In this document: positions 1-10,112 of the stretch, piece after piece | Position numbering within the stretch: position 1 is the stretch's first letter | Layout: each line of letters starts with the position of its first letter | Origin: Candidatus Heimdallarchaeota archaeon | GTDB lineage: Archaea > Asgardarchaeota > Heimdallarchaeia > Heimdallarchaeales > Heimdallarchaeaceae | DNA length: 64,000 nucleotides | Direction: 5' to 3' | Assembly: GCA_030668825.1 (NCBI GenBank) | Contig: DAOVET010000001.1 | Location: 9,699-73,698 of the forward strand | The notes under the pieces: model-generated | Database searches by the model: none | What the model was told of the DNA's origin: nothing | What the model saw: only the letters and a program-made list of their open reading frames with translations | Program-made: the position numbers and the translations under genes

Positions 1-12
1 GCTAGTTTAATT

Positions 13-456
13 ATGGCTTTTGTTACATGGCGTAGAGAAGAAAAAGAAGATAGAATGATTCGTCTAAGAGGTATCTTTGGTATGGCATGGACAATTACTG
101 CCTTTTACCTTTTAATGATGACTGCACAATATTTTCTAGTTTGGGCAGTTATTAGTGCTCTTTTAGGCGTTAAGAAAGAATTTGATAGAACGATAAAGGT
201 GAAAACTAAAACCATAGGAAAAATGAGTCAGAAAGTAAAATATACTCTTTGGTCAACTGGATTACTTCTAGTTGCAGGCGCATTTTACTTTGCTAGTTAT
301 AGAACTATTATAGCTCATGATGCTCTATTTGGTTGGTTTATCATCGCTGCTGTCACTGCAACAATTCCAATGATAATTACAATCCGTCATTTCAGCAAAT
401 TAGATTTTACCAAAGATAAAACAGCAGCAGATGTAGAAAGAGAATACGGAGATTAA
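13..456 (+). CDS. small polytopic membrane protein, unknown family
   Basis: ORF track. Several hydrophobic helices (e.g. GIFGMAWTITAFYLLMMTAQYFLVWAVISALLG). Stop lies 4 nt before the next ORF start. True start could lie upstream of the window. Confidence 0.4.
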   Translation: MAFVTWRREEKEDRMIRLRGIFGMAWTITAFYLLMMTAQYFLVWAVISALLGVKKEFDRTIKVKTKTIGKMSQKVKYTLWSTGLLLVAGAFYFASYRTIIAHDALFGWFIIAAVTATIPMIITIRHFSKLDFTKDKTAADVEREYGD

Positions 457-460
457 GATT

Positions 461-3235
461 ATGATTCAGTTAGATATTAGAATTCTTGTTCCCCTCATTT
501 CGATTCTTTCATCTGGATTACTTATCGTAGAAATAGTTAAGAAAAGAATATTGAAACTGAAAACATCAGATTCTTTTGCTGAAAATCTTGTAGAATCTCT
601 AGTTGTGGGAACTATTGTTTTAGTTGTTCCAATGTTGATAATTGCTTGGTTCGCTAATAAAACAAATAACATTCTTATTCTAGAGCGATTTGTTTATGTT
701 TACCTAGCTATTGGATTACTTTATTTAATTTACAAAATATATGTTTGGGTTAGGAAAAAATTACCAATACTTGTTCTATCTGGAAGAAAAAGATTAACTC
801 AATCTATGGATCTACTTCTAAAAATTGTAATAATCTTAATGATACTCTTTTATGCATTCCAAATACTTGTGTACCCCCTTAAGGGCTGGGATTTCCTGCA
901 TTTTTATTTACCAAATTCTTTCAGAATCTTCATTACTGGTCAACTAAGTTCAATTAATGAATTAACATTTTTTCCTCAATTCAAACCTCCTATGAACATA
1001 TTACTTTTTGCATATACATTTTTTGTAACACAATCTGAAATGATTCAGTTTATTCCAATTCTATACTTATCAGGCACTGCATATTTTTGCTATAAAATAT
1101 CCAAAATAATGGGTTTATCCAAGAAAACTGCTCTTTTTGCTTCAATTGCTTTTCTAGCTACTCCTCTTACCTATTTTCTTTTGTATGAATATACATACTA
1201 TCAGGAGATGTATATACTCTTCTTTACTACTGGAGCTTTTTATTATTACAAACGTTTTCTGGGTACTGAGAAAAGTAAAGAACAGTTGTATTTTGCTATT
1301 TTAACGTCATTGAGTCTCGGCGGTTGTAGTTTAAGTAAACTGAGTGGTTTTGTTATTCCTATTGTTTTATTTGTTGCAATGCCTTCTGATAAAATTGGTA
1401 AGGTTTTACGGGTTATAATTATCGTAGGTTTTGCAAGCCAACTGATACGAAAATCAATTTTTGAGATTTACTTAGGTACAGGGATTCTTATTGGATTACT
1501 TGCGATATATTGCATTTATCTTGTTTTTAGCAGTAAGAGTTTAATTTTTTCTGTTAAGCGATGGATTTATACCTTAGGGATTTTTGCGTTCCCCTTTGCT
1601 ATTATAGTATTATGGGTTTTTTACATGCTAACAATTCCTGGTGTGGAAAATTATCTCGTTGATTTATTTGTGAATCTAAAATTCTCTAACTTAAGTTTAT
1701 CTTGGCCTGGAATTGCTTTACCTGGTACTGTAACTTATCTAGAAAATGCCCATACAGCGTCCTTCATATCTTCATCATTTTCAATATTAATAGCAGCAAT
1801 GTTTGCTGGAACATGGATGATTTTTAAGCTTGTAGGCTTTGTTAGCTCGAATAAGAAAAATAATGATCTTCTACTTTGGTTAATTTTCTTCTTTATTATC
1901 TGGCAAGGATTCTTTGCGATGGGATCAGTTAGATACCTTATACCTATCTTAGTTCCTTTAGCTATTATTTTTGCAGTAGGCTTTGAATCAATTGTTGAGT
2001 ACTTCAACAAGAGAGATGGAAAAGATAGGGATGGATTATTAGCTTACTTATTCATCACAGCGAGTGCTTATCTCTTCCTCTATCCAGTTTTACCTATTGA
2101 GACTGTCTTTGAAAACTTTCATCTACGCTGGTATTTCGCTCACACAAGACTGTTGTCCTTATTTGGATATATTCTTTTATTCAATTTAGTAACTTTTCTT
2201 CTAATCTGGAAAGAGAAAAATCTCAAGTTAAGTTATTCACAAATCTATAACAAAAAATTCAATGTTAGAAAGATTCTTTCAGGAACTTTAATTTTTGTAG
2301 TTGTTTTTGTTCCTTTTGCAGGTCAAGCAGCTCTTCTTGCTTCTGTTGGTTTTAATTTGAAAAATTTTGAGAGCACATATTGTTATGATTACAGAGAATC
2401 ATTTCAAGAACTAATAGATGCCATTAATAGACTTGGTTACACAGATAATCAAATTATTCTCTCAGTGAATACACCAGGTTTAGAATATTATTCATCTCAA
2501 CCGATAATTGATCTCTATATGATAGGTTTTCTAAGTGAAACGGGTTTATCTGACTCATCTGTTCCACTGTGGAAATCAAATGTTACAAGAAATCTAGAAT
2601 TTTTTGAGAAATATGGTGTAACAATTTTCGTAGCTCTAAATGGTTCCAATGATTGGTTTCCAGCTTACTTGGAAGAATTTTACTGGAATTATTTTATTTT
2701 TAGATTTCTTCACAATAATGAATATTTCACTTATCGATTTGCAAACGAAGAATTCATGTTATTCACTATCATTAAATTCGAAGATTTTATTGGACCTGTT
2801 GATATAGAATTGAAAGGAAATTCTTCTAAATCCAGTCTTCTTGCATATGCACCATTATCAATAGATATAACTGACGAAACTGCTTCAATTGAAGCATTAT
2901 TGGATTTAACTGCAATTCAAACCAACCAACCAATTTCGATTGATATTTCTACACGGTATACTCTTTCAACCAATAGTACGATAATAGTAGATAATAGTAA
3001 TTTTGTATTTAACAAGCCCATCAATGAAGCATTTACCTCCTTATCTCTAATGACCTTACCTCAGCAATTAACATACATTCATGATATAAGTATAACAATT
3101 AATTATAATGATTTAGAGGGATTTCCACAGACTGTTATCCACAACTTAGATCCTATGTTCGGGAATTCAGTAAACATTACATGGACAGGCAACTCATGGT
3201 TTTATGAAGGATATTATGGATTTCAATTCCTCTAA
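461..3235 (+). CDS. large polytopic membrane protein with ~280-aa C-terminal non-membrane domain; possible GT-C-type glycosyltransferase
   Basis: Many hydrophobic segments over the first ~640 aa, then a soluble-looking tail. Layout resembles PMT_2/ArnT-like GT-C enzymes, but no diagnostic motif was verified. Confidence 0.35.
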   Translation: MIQLDIRILVPLISILSSGLLIVEIVKKRILKLKTSDSFAENLVESLVVGTIVLVVPMLIIAWFANKTNNILILERFVYVYLAIGLLYLIYKIYVWVRKKLPILVLSGRKRLTQSMDLLLKIVIILMILFYAFQILVYPLKGWDFLHFYLPNSFRIFITGQLSSINELTFFPQFKPPMNILLFAYTFFVTQSEMIQFIPILYLSGTAYFCYKISKIMGLSKKTALFASIAFLATPLTYFLLYEYTYYQEMYILFFTTGAFYYYKRFLGTEKSKEQLYFAILTSLSLGGCSLSKLSGFVIPIVLFVAMPSDKIGKVLRVIIIVGFASQLIRKSIFEIYLGTGILIGLLAIYCIYLVFSSKSLIFSVKRWIYTLGIFAFPFAIIVLWVFYMLTIPGVENYLVDLFVNLKFSNLSLSWPGIALPGTVTYLENAHTASFISSSFSILIAAMFAGTWMIFKLVGFVSSNKKNNDLLLWLIFFFIIWQGFFAMGSVRYLIPILVPLAIIFAVGFESIVEYFNKRDGKDRDGLLAYLFITASAYLFLYPVLPIETVFENFHLRWYFAHTRLLSLFGYILLFNLVTFLLIWKEKNLKLSYSQIYNKKFNVRKILSGTLIFVVVFVPFAGQAALLASVGFNLKNFESTYCYDYRESFQELIDAINRLGYTDNQIILSVNTPGLEYYSSQPIIDLYMIGFLSETGLSDSSVPLWKSNVTRNLEFFEKYGVTIFVALNGSNDWFPAYLEEFYWNYFIFRFLHNNEYFTYRFANEEFMLFTIIKFEDFIGPVDIELKGNSSKSSLLAYAPLSIDITDETASIEALLDLTAIQTNQPISIDISTRYTLSTNSTIIVDNSNFVFNKPINEAFTSLSLMTLPQQLTYIHDISITINYNDLEGFPQTVIHNLDPMFGNSVNITWTGNSWFYEGYYGFQFL

Positions 3236-3243
3236 TTGTTCAT

Positions 3244-6200
3244 TTATCTTCTAACTGAAGATACTTTTCTTTCTTTACTCGCTTTTCTAGCAATCAGAAA
3301 AGTTGTTAGAATAGCAACAAGAAGAATTAATGCTACATTAAGGAGAAAAATGTTCCAACTTCCTTTTGGTACAAATGTATGTCCAAAGAAAACAGTTTGA
3401 TTTAAGCTTGATAATATTTTTAGGATAAGAGTACCAATTCCATACCCAATAATCGATGCCACAAATGCAATAAGTCCTAGTCTTGAAAAAATCGAAACAA
3501 TCGTATGAAGGTTTGTACCTCCTATCATCTTAATAATCGTTGTTTCCCTCTTGCTTTCTTTATACATATTCTGTAGAATTGAGTACATATTGACAATTAC
3601 TACAATAAGGATAAGTACAATCTCCGCATAAGCTAGTGTATACGTAAATAGCAACGAACCTCTAAGATAGTAGTTTAGATATTCTGTTGAAAACGCTATT
3701 AAGAAAGAAAATCCAGCCACTGGCTTAAAAGGAATTTTTAACCATTGTTCTTCTGAATCACTTGGTAAAACTATAGTTATTAATTCTTTCCCAGGTTCAA
3801 AGATTCGACGTAAGTGTAAAGAACTTCCATCTTTTAGAAAAATAGTTAAATTCACATAACCATAGGATAAATAAATTTGAAACTTTGAATATAATGAAGT
3901 TGTAGTTATTATTTGTCCTTGAAGTTCTGTTTCTACTATTACTGGAAGATTGTAGACTTTTGACCCATTATCATATTTGAATTCAAAAACAATTGCTTTT
4001 CTCTTAGAAGGGATTTCAAACAGAACGAGATTGTTTAATCCGTAAATTTCAAAGGGAACAGCAATTGTAGCATCTCCTCCTCTAGTGAAATAACAGATGT
4101 AATCTCCAGAAGGTAAAGAAGAAGTGAAAAATTGACCTTGATTGTCAGTTATTTGAGACATGATTCTTCTTCCAAACAAGTCCCTAATAATGCAATATTG
4201 ATTGCCAATAGAAGAGTTAGCAAAATAGTCTCTTACTTCAACAATTGTATCACCACAACCAATTAGGATATTCTGATTGATTCCAATTCTAGTATCTAAT
4301 TGGAAATCGTAATGTTTATCTGCATAATTGAATATTACCTGAAATTCTCCTTCGAAAACATTGAAAAAAACACTTCCATTAATATCTGTAGTAAAATAGT
4401 TGGTTGGAGAATTGTAAAAATCATTAATAGCAACAGTTAGATTAAAGATCTGATAAATCACATCCCCTATTTTTACTTCAAGAGTTAAATTAACAGGAAC
4501 ATATTCTTGTTCCATGTAAAATGTATAGGTTTCTGTTTTTGTGTTATAATAAGAATCAGTGAGATAGAAAATTATTGTGTGCTCCCCTCCTACCAGAAAC
4601 TGAAGATTATAGATTATATCATATTCGTAAATCGGCTCATTATCTACTTTGAATAATATTTGTACTGCATCACTTTCTAGTATTAAATCGGCATCTAGCC
4701 CCTCTTCTCCTTTGTGAGGTGACAAAACTGTTACATAAGGCTTATTTGTATCCACAATGAAATTATAGTTAAAAGTATCATTAGAGATGTCAACTAATTG
4801 ATAAAAAAGAGAGTAGTATCCATCACTAACATAGAGTGAATTAATTGAATTAATAGTATAATTAACATCAAAATATGTAAGGTTTACAACAACATCCCCG
4901 ACATATGTTTCGTTTAAATCATCATTAGTTATTATCGATGTTTTCTGACCATCTAAAATGTCAAAAGTCCATGTACGTTCTCTATTATCCCATAAATTTA
5001 CCCAATAGATTATTTTGAGATTATAATTGCCTGGATAAAGAAAAACTCTAGTAAAATCTCTAACGCCCCCTGCTTTGAAAACGGTTCCTGTTATTTGATA
5101 TTCAACAACGATCCCTGCAGAATTAGAAAAAACTTCCAAATCAATATAATTCTGATTTATTGTTCCTGAATATTCATTTAATAGGTAAAAATCTATTGGA
5201 ATACCTCCAGTAAAATTAACTACGACAAACTCATAATACAGTTCTATGGAATTTCCTGCAAGATCAGTCGTTCTTAATGTTAAAGTATGGATACCGTTTC
5301 CTTGAGGAACAAGAATTTTTGTATCATAAGCAGTTGAAAAAGAAAGACTATCCCATGAAAACTCAAGAGAAGAAAGCGTTTCATTTGTTAAAACCGTTAG
5401 TACAGATTCATGATTGATTTCACTTCCATTGATATACGATAATGTAATAATTGGAGTTGAATTATCTATCCTAAAAGTGTATGATCGATTTGACCATGTA
5501 GAGGTATCATAAAATGCTAAATACAAGGTATGATTACCTTCAGCCAATCCATCTGGTTTGATTATACCGTTTTTACTTATCAGTAAATCTGCATTACTAT
5601 CCCAATTGTAGTATGCGTCATATTGCGGATTGAACCATGTTTGAATTTCAGATTCTGCTCTGACTTTCATGTGTTCTTTCAAGCCAATAATACCTATTCC
5701 TTCAGGATTGTCTGTCACTGCAAAAACAAAATTCCATTCTTTACTAGAACTCTCAAATTCCGCTTTCAGTGTTAAGGTGTGAATTCCATTGACATAAGGT
5801 ACGGATATTATATCGGAAAGAATGTCCAACCAAGGATCATTATTCCATCTATAGAAGAAATTGCCACTAAATCTCTGAGTTGCATTAAGAATTATTACAC
5901 TTGAAGGATTCAAGTGAGAGCCATTCATTGTATTTATGAAATAATAGTCTTCAGGAATAGCTTCTATTACGTTAAAGTAAACTTTGGCTTCTGCGTAATT
6001 TAGACTCTTATTAAATCCACTCGATATAAAATCTTGATTATAAGTTTCGATTGTTAAAGAATGAGAGCCCTCATCAAAAGGAATTGAAATACTTTCTGGT
6101 GCTTCTTCACCAGGAGATGCTAAATAGAAGTCTACCATTGTTGATAGGTTATCATCCCAGTAGAAATAAATGGAATAACCCGGAGAGGAGGATATTCTGA

Positions 6201-7437
6201 TGTCAACATTTTGACCAATAATTACGGAATTATTAATTGGGTTTTCTACTATTATTAGTGGGTGTCTACTGATTAATATAATTTCGAAATCATTTGTAAT
6301 AGATGTTATGAACGTAACATCTTTTCTATATATTTCATACGAAATTCTACCATAGTAACTGCCATCACTTACTGATATATTTGCTTCTCCATTACTGTCT
6401 GTGATACTTACATAGTTACTATCTTCTGAATTGACTCCATCCCGTCTGTAAAGAGCTATCGCCGCTCCTTGAATTGGTTCGTTTTCATCTGTTATTACTC
6501 GGAAATACACATTTCTCTCGATATAAGGAACGGATACTTCTACTTCCTTATCTTGATCTAATAGAATCTTTGTTGACTCTGAAATAACATCTTTAACTTC
6601 ACATTGTATTTCGTATTCACCAAAAGGCATTACAAACGAAACTTGATTATCATTAAAAATAATGGTTTCATTCATTAATTCACCTCTCTTGTTATAAACT
6701 GAAACTGTTGCGTTAAGCTCTTGCAGATTCCCAGGAGTTATGATACTCACAACTAATTCAAATTCCTTACTAACTAATTCCCTTAGCATTTCTTTGTTGT
6801 CAATGATATCTAAGTCTATCTCGATTCTCAAGTGAGTTATATAATTGAAATCCTCAAATGCAAAAAACTGACCGATCCATAGAGAAGAAATAACCTCATC
6901 ATCCAATAGGGTATTAGTTCCAAAAATTGATTTGATTTTTAATTCAATAGCAGCTTCTGATCTGGTAGAAAAAAGTGTAATATAATCCCCAATATTTAGG
7001 TTACTTCTTTCAGCAAAATTAATGCCCACGCTAACCTCAAAAGTATCATTGACAGTTAGAAGTTGCCCTTCTAGGTATTCTACATTCGTAAAATACCAGA
7101 AAGAAGAAGCATCTACACCTCTGAAATAGACAGCTTTGTTCTTATATACAGCTGCAGTCATTACTTCAGGACTAACTTCTTTTACCCCTTCAATTGAACT
7201 AATAGTATCTGCTAAATCTAAGGGTATCACACTAGTATATGGGGTCGATGCCTCTGGATTTGAAATTACCAATACACTCTCATCCTCTCCTAGATATGTT
7301 GCTGTACTATTTACAATGCTTGACATAAGGATTCCAGCCCCAGAAATTATTGTTGAACTAATAAGAAACCCTATGAAAACTAAGAGTATTCTCTTCTTTG
7401 GTAGGACATTGTAGAGAAAGATCTTTCTGAGATTCAT
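3244..7437 (-). CDS. FtsX/MacB-type permease with giant (~1000 aa) repeat-built extracytoplasmic domain
   Basis: N-terminal TM followed by a MacB-periplasmic-domain-like start (VLVISNPEASTPYTSVIPLDLADTISSIEGVKEVSPEV). C-terminal FtsX signature (IKMIGGTNLHTIVSIFSRLGLIAFVASIIGYGIG) plus terminal TMs. Internal Ig-like and CarboxypepD_reg-like repeats. ATGA overlap with the upstream FtsX gene. Confidence 0.7.
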   Translation of the reverse strand: MNLRKIFLYNVLPKKRILLVFIGFLISSTIISGAGILMSSIVNSTATYLGEDESVLVISNPEASTPYTSVIPLDLADTISSIEGVKEVSPEVMTAAVYKNKAVYFRGVDASSFWYFTNVEYLEGQLLTVNDTFEVSVGINFAERSNLNIGDYITLFSTRSEAAIELKIKSIFGTNTLLDDEVISSLWIGQFFAFEDFNYITHLRIEIDLDIIDNKEMLRELVSKEFELVVSIITPGNLQELNATVSVYNKRGELMNETIIFNDNQVSFVMPFGEYEIQCEVKDVISESTKILLDQDKEVEVSVPYIERNVYFRVITDENEPIQGAAIALYRRDGVNSEDSNYVSITDSNGEANISVSDGSYYGRISYEIYRKDVTFITSITNDFEIILISRHPLIIVENPINNSVIIGQNVDIRISSSPGYSIYFYWDDNLSTMVDFYLASPGEEAPESISIPFDEGSHSLTIETYNQDFISSGFNKSLNYAEAKVYFNVIEAIPEDYYFINTMNGSHLNPSSVIILNATQRFSGNFFYRWNNDPWLDILSDIISVPYVNGIHTLTLKAEFESSSKEWNFVFAVTDNPEGIGIIGLKEHMKVRAESEIQTWFNPQYDAYYNWDSNADLLISKNGIIKPDGLAEGNHTLYLAFYDTSTWSNRSYTFRIDNSTPIITLSYINGSEINHESVLTVLTNETLSSLEFSWDSLSFSTAYDTKILVPQGNGIHTLTLRTTDLAGNSIELYYEFVVVNFTGGIPIDFYLLNEYSGTINQNYIDLEVFSNSAGIVVEYQITGTVFKAGGVRDFTRVFLYPGNYNLKIIYWVNLWDNRERTWTFDILDGQKTSIITNDDLNETYVGDVVVNLTYFDVNYTINSINSLYVSDGYYSLFYQLVDISNDTFNYNFIVDTNKPYVTVLSPHKGEEGLDADLILESDAVQILFKVDNEPIYEYDIIYNLQFLVGGEHTIIFYLTDSYYNTKTETYTFYMEQEYVPVNLTLEVKIGDVIYQIFNLTVAINDFYNSPTNYFTTDINGSVFFNVFEGEFQVIFNYADKHYDFQLDTRIGINQNILIGCGDTIVEVRDYFANSSIGNQYCIIRDLFGRRIMSQITDNQGQFFTSSLPSGDYICYFTRGGDATIAVPFEIYGLNNLVLFEIPSKRKAIVFEFKYDNGSKVYNLPVIVETELQGQIITTTSLYSKFQIYLSYGYVNLTIFLKDGSSLHLRRIFEPGKELITIVLPSDSEEQWLKIPFKPVAGFSFLIAFSTEYLNYYLRGSLLFTYTLAYAEIVLILIVVIVNMYSILQNMYKESKRETTIIKMIGGTNLHTIVSIFSRLGLIAFVASIIGYGIGTLILKILSSLNQTVFFGHTFVPKGSWNIFLLNVALILLVAILTTFLIARKASKERKVSSVRR

Positions 7438-8609
7438 CTAGTGCCCCTCCTTGTGACTTTGATTTTTGAAGCTTCAAGCGAAGGAATTATTCCGGATATT
7501 ATGGATAATGATAAGGAAAATAGAAATATTATTCCAACCAAAAAACCTTCAACTTTCAATGCTATGTATGGTAATCCCATTGTTGCTGTAACTAAACCCA
7601 CTATACCACTCACAGCTAAATATCCAATTACTAGAGAAAGTAAAGCTGATATTACTCCAATATAAAGAGATTGAAGCATGAATAACATAACTATTTGCCT
7701 TTTAGTAGCTCCAATAGATCTTAATGTAAAAATCTCTCCTTCACTCTCTCTAACTAATGTGTAAATGCTATATGAAATAGAAACAAGCATTAAAACAAAA
7801 AATAAAATCTCTAGAAGAGTTAGGGTTCTTATTACGTCATTTGTAGCAAAAATGATGAAATTCTGAGTCTGTTTCTCATCAAGCACTTCTAAGAAACTGA
7901 ATTCATTTATAATGTCGGTTCTAATTGTTTCAATTTCCCTAATATCTAGAACTCTTAATTCTATAAATGAGAAATAATCCAAAGATGTATTTAGATCAAA
8001 ACTGGATAGCGATCCCATTAACTCTATATCATACTCGTGACCTGATTTAATTATGTTTGTTACAGAATAGCTTTCATTATGTGATAGTACAAATGACTCA
8101 TTTACTTGATAATCACTAAATTCAATTCTTATTAAGGATCCTACTCCTGCAGCAGTCAGATAAGCAAGTTGTTGTCCTATGATTACTTCATCATTTTCTA
8201 GTTCTGTTGGGGGAAATTCATAATGATGAGATTGAAATCGCTCGAAATCACTGATGTTGAGCAATCGTAAATGCGTCGTTAACCTTGTTCCTGTTTCTCC
8301 TTCAACCACTACTGGAATATATAATTCCGGTAAAATCACCTCTAAGTTTGGTGTTCTACTAGCGTATTCCTCTAAAAATTCTAACACTTCAACATTTATT
8401 CTACTTTCGGATAAACTCTTTCCTTCTTCTATAACAAGAAGAAGATCTGAAGGTTGAATAATCTCTGCCATTCCACTTATATTGGATGCATATCCTTTGA
8501 CTAAAAGGGTTGTAGAAATATATATGACGAGAGCTAAAGTTAATGTCATTATAGCTTGATAAGTCCTCTTTCTATTATGAAAGAAAAACCGAACACTAAA
8601 CTTTAGCAT
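7434..8609 (-). CDS. FtsX-family ABC-type permease
   Basis: N-terminal TM, ~220-aa ectodomain, and an FtsX motif region (LRSIGATKRQIVMLFMLQSLYIGVISALLSLVIGYLAV) with 3 C-terminal TMs. Confidence 0.75.
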   Translation of the reverse strand: MLKFSVRFFFHNRKRTYQAIMTLTLALVIYISTTLLVKGYASNISGMAEIIQPSDLLLVIEEGKSLSESRINVEVLEFLEEYASRTPNLEVILPELYIPVVVEGETGTRLTTHLRLLNISDFERFQSHHYEFPPTELENDEVIIGQQLAYLTAAGVGSLIRIEFSDYQVNESFVLSHNESYSVTNIIKSGHEYDIELMGSLSSFDLNTSLDYFSFIELRVLDIREIETIRTDIINEFSFLEVLDEKQTQNFIIFATNDVIRTLTLLEILFFVLMLVSISYSIYTLVRESEGEIFTLRSIGATKRQIVMLFMLQSLYIGVISALLSLVIGYLAVSGIVGLVTATMGLPYIALKVEGFLVGIIFLFSLSLSIISGIIPSLEASKIKVTRRGTR

Positions 8610-8689
8610 TTAACATCTCACTTGAAGACATGAATTTCTAGTGATATAAAATTTTCTAGCTAAAAAAAAGAAGAAATTTCTTCTTCTCT

Positions 8690-10012
8690 TCATGTTACAT
8701 ATTGGTAGAGACTGAAGAATACCAATCTTTGAATAATTAATGTAATGTATATTGCAAAACCAACTGCAAAAATAGATGGTATTCGGGTTTTTGAAGGAGT
8801 TACTCTGTTTACCCCTATACCTAAGAATAGTAAAAATCCATAAAAGAATATGTTAAGAGGGATTTTGACAAGCAATTGATACGTTATTTCACGCATTTCG
8901 TCTCTAAATATATCACTGGTTGGGTGAAATCCAATTGCTTCTAAATATTTTATACCACCGAAAATATAGCCGATCATATATATGAAAATAGCAATAGAAG
9001 CAATAAAAACTGCATTACGGTAGATTTTCAACCACTTCCTTTCTCCCAATAGCAGTGAATAAATGAGTGGAAAAACAAAAACCCATGTAAACCATGCAAG
9101 AATCCCAAGAAACATCTGATCTCCAATGTCACTTGTTGCGAAATTTGTAAAATCAAATTCTTCGGTTAAACCACCTACCAAACTTCCAGGAAAGAGAGGA
9201 AAGACTGTTGTCTCTGACCAGAAACCTCCCGCGAAAAGCATAAAACTTACGTATACGAGAAAAGATGTTAAAATATTGATTAGGAAGTAATTTGGTAACA
9301 GTTCAGAGTAACTTGCTCTTGTTGGTCTAGTCAAATAATCTTTTGCAAATCTGAAAGTATCCTTAACATATGTAAATTTGAAAAGCAGATAGACAGCTAT
9401 TGCAGGAATAGCTATAACTGCTATAAGAAATAGGATATTAAGCGTCAGTACTACAGGATTCGATAAAGAACCAAGTACATCATCCCAGATGAAAGTTCTT
9501 ATATCGAAATCAGCCATTCCCTTAAACGGAGGGGATCCGAAAATAAGTAGAGAATACCAACACAAAGTTAATGCTACAAAAAATGTTGCTAAATAGTCTC
9601 TTATCCTGAATTTCCTTTTTTGAGTGTCCAAATACCATAGTTTCTTGTAAACTATTTCTGTAGCATCAGCTTCAAAATCAGTTAATACTAATCCATCTAC
9701 TCTTATTTCACCGTATTTTTCATAGAATCTCTTAGCAATCATATCTAGTAATTCTTCGGTGTCTTTTGTATCCATTCTTTTATCTACTGATAAAACAAAC
9801 AGTAAATCATTCTCCTCTTCTTGAAAAATGATCCTTGAAGTTACCAGCTCAAATTCAGAAATCTTTTCTCTTTGGGTTTCTGTTGCCATTGAATAAATTG
9901 CGCTCATCAACCCCCCTGTTAGAGCAATATCAACAGCTTCTTCTGTTTTTTCAAATTCTTGACTATAGAAAATTTGACCATAAGTTGTAATAATAAGTAG
10001 ATGTTTAATCAA
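8690..10012 (-). CDS. longin/roadblock-like N-terminal domain fused to a polytopic membrane domain
   Basis: The first ~125 aa (MIKHLLIITTYGQIFYSQEF...LLFVLSVDKRMDTKDTEELLDMIAKRFYEKYG) show a beta-beta-alpha-beta-beta-beta-alpha pattern like AP-sigma/longin domains. The remainder has ~8 hydrophobic helices. Confidence 0.4.
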   Translation of the reverse strand: MIKHLLIITTYGQIFYSQEFEKTEEAVDIALTGGLMSAIYSMATETQREKISEFELVTSRIIFQEEENDLLFVLSVDKRMDTKDTEELLDMIAKRFYEKYGEIRVDGLVLTDFEADATEIVYKKLWYLDTQKRKFRIRDYLATFFVALTLCWYSLLIFGSPPFKGMADFDIRTFIWDDVLGSLSNPVVLTLNILFLIAVIAIPAIAVYLLFKFTYVKDTFRFAKDYLTRPTRASYSELLPNYFLINILTSFLVYVSFMLFAGGFWSETTVFPLFPGSLVGGLTEEFDFTNFATSDIGDQMFLGILAWFTWVFVFPLIYSLLLGERKWLKIYRNAVFIASIAIFIYMIGYIFGGIKYLEAIGFHPTSDIFRDEMREITYQLLVKIPLNIFFYGFLLFLGIGVNRVTPSKTRIPSIFAVGFAIYITLIIQRLVFFSLYQYVT

Positions 10013-10112
10013 GGTGGTATTCCCCTTTTCTTATAACTCATAATATGAACCTCTCTCCTAAAAATATTACGGAAGTTTTCAGGAAATAGAAAAAAAGGGT
10101 GGTATAGAAGAA

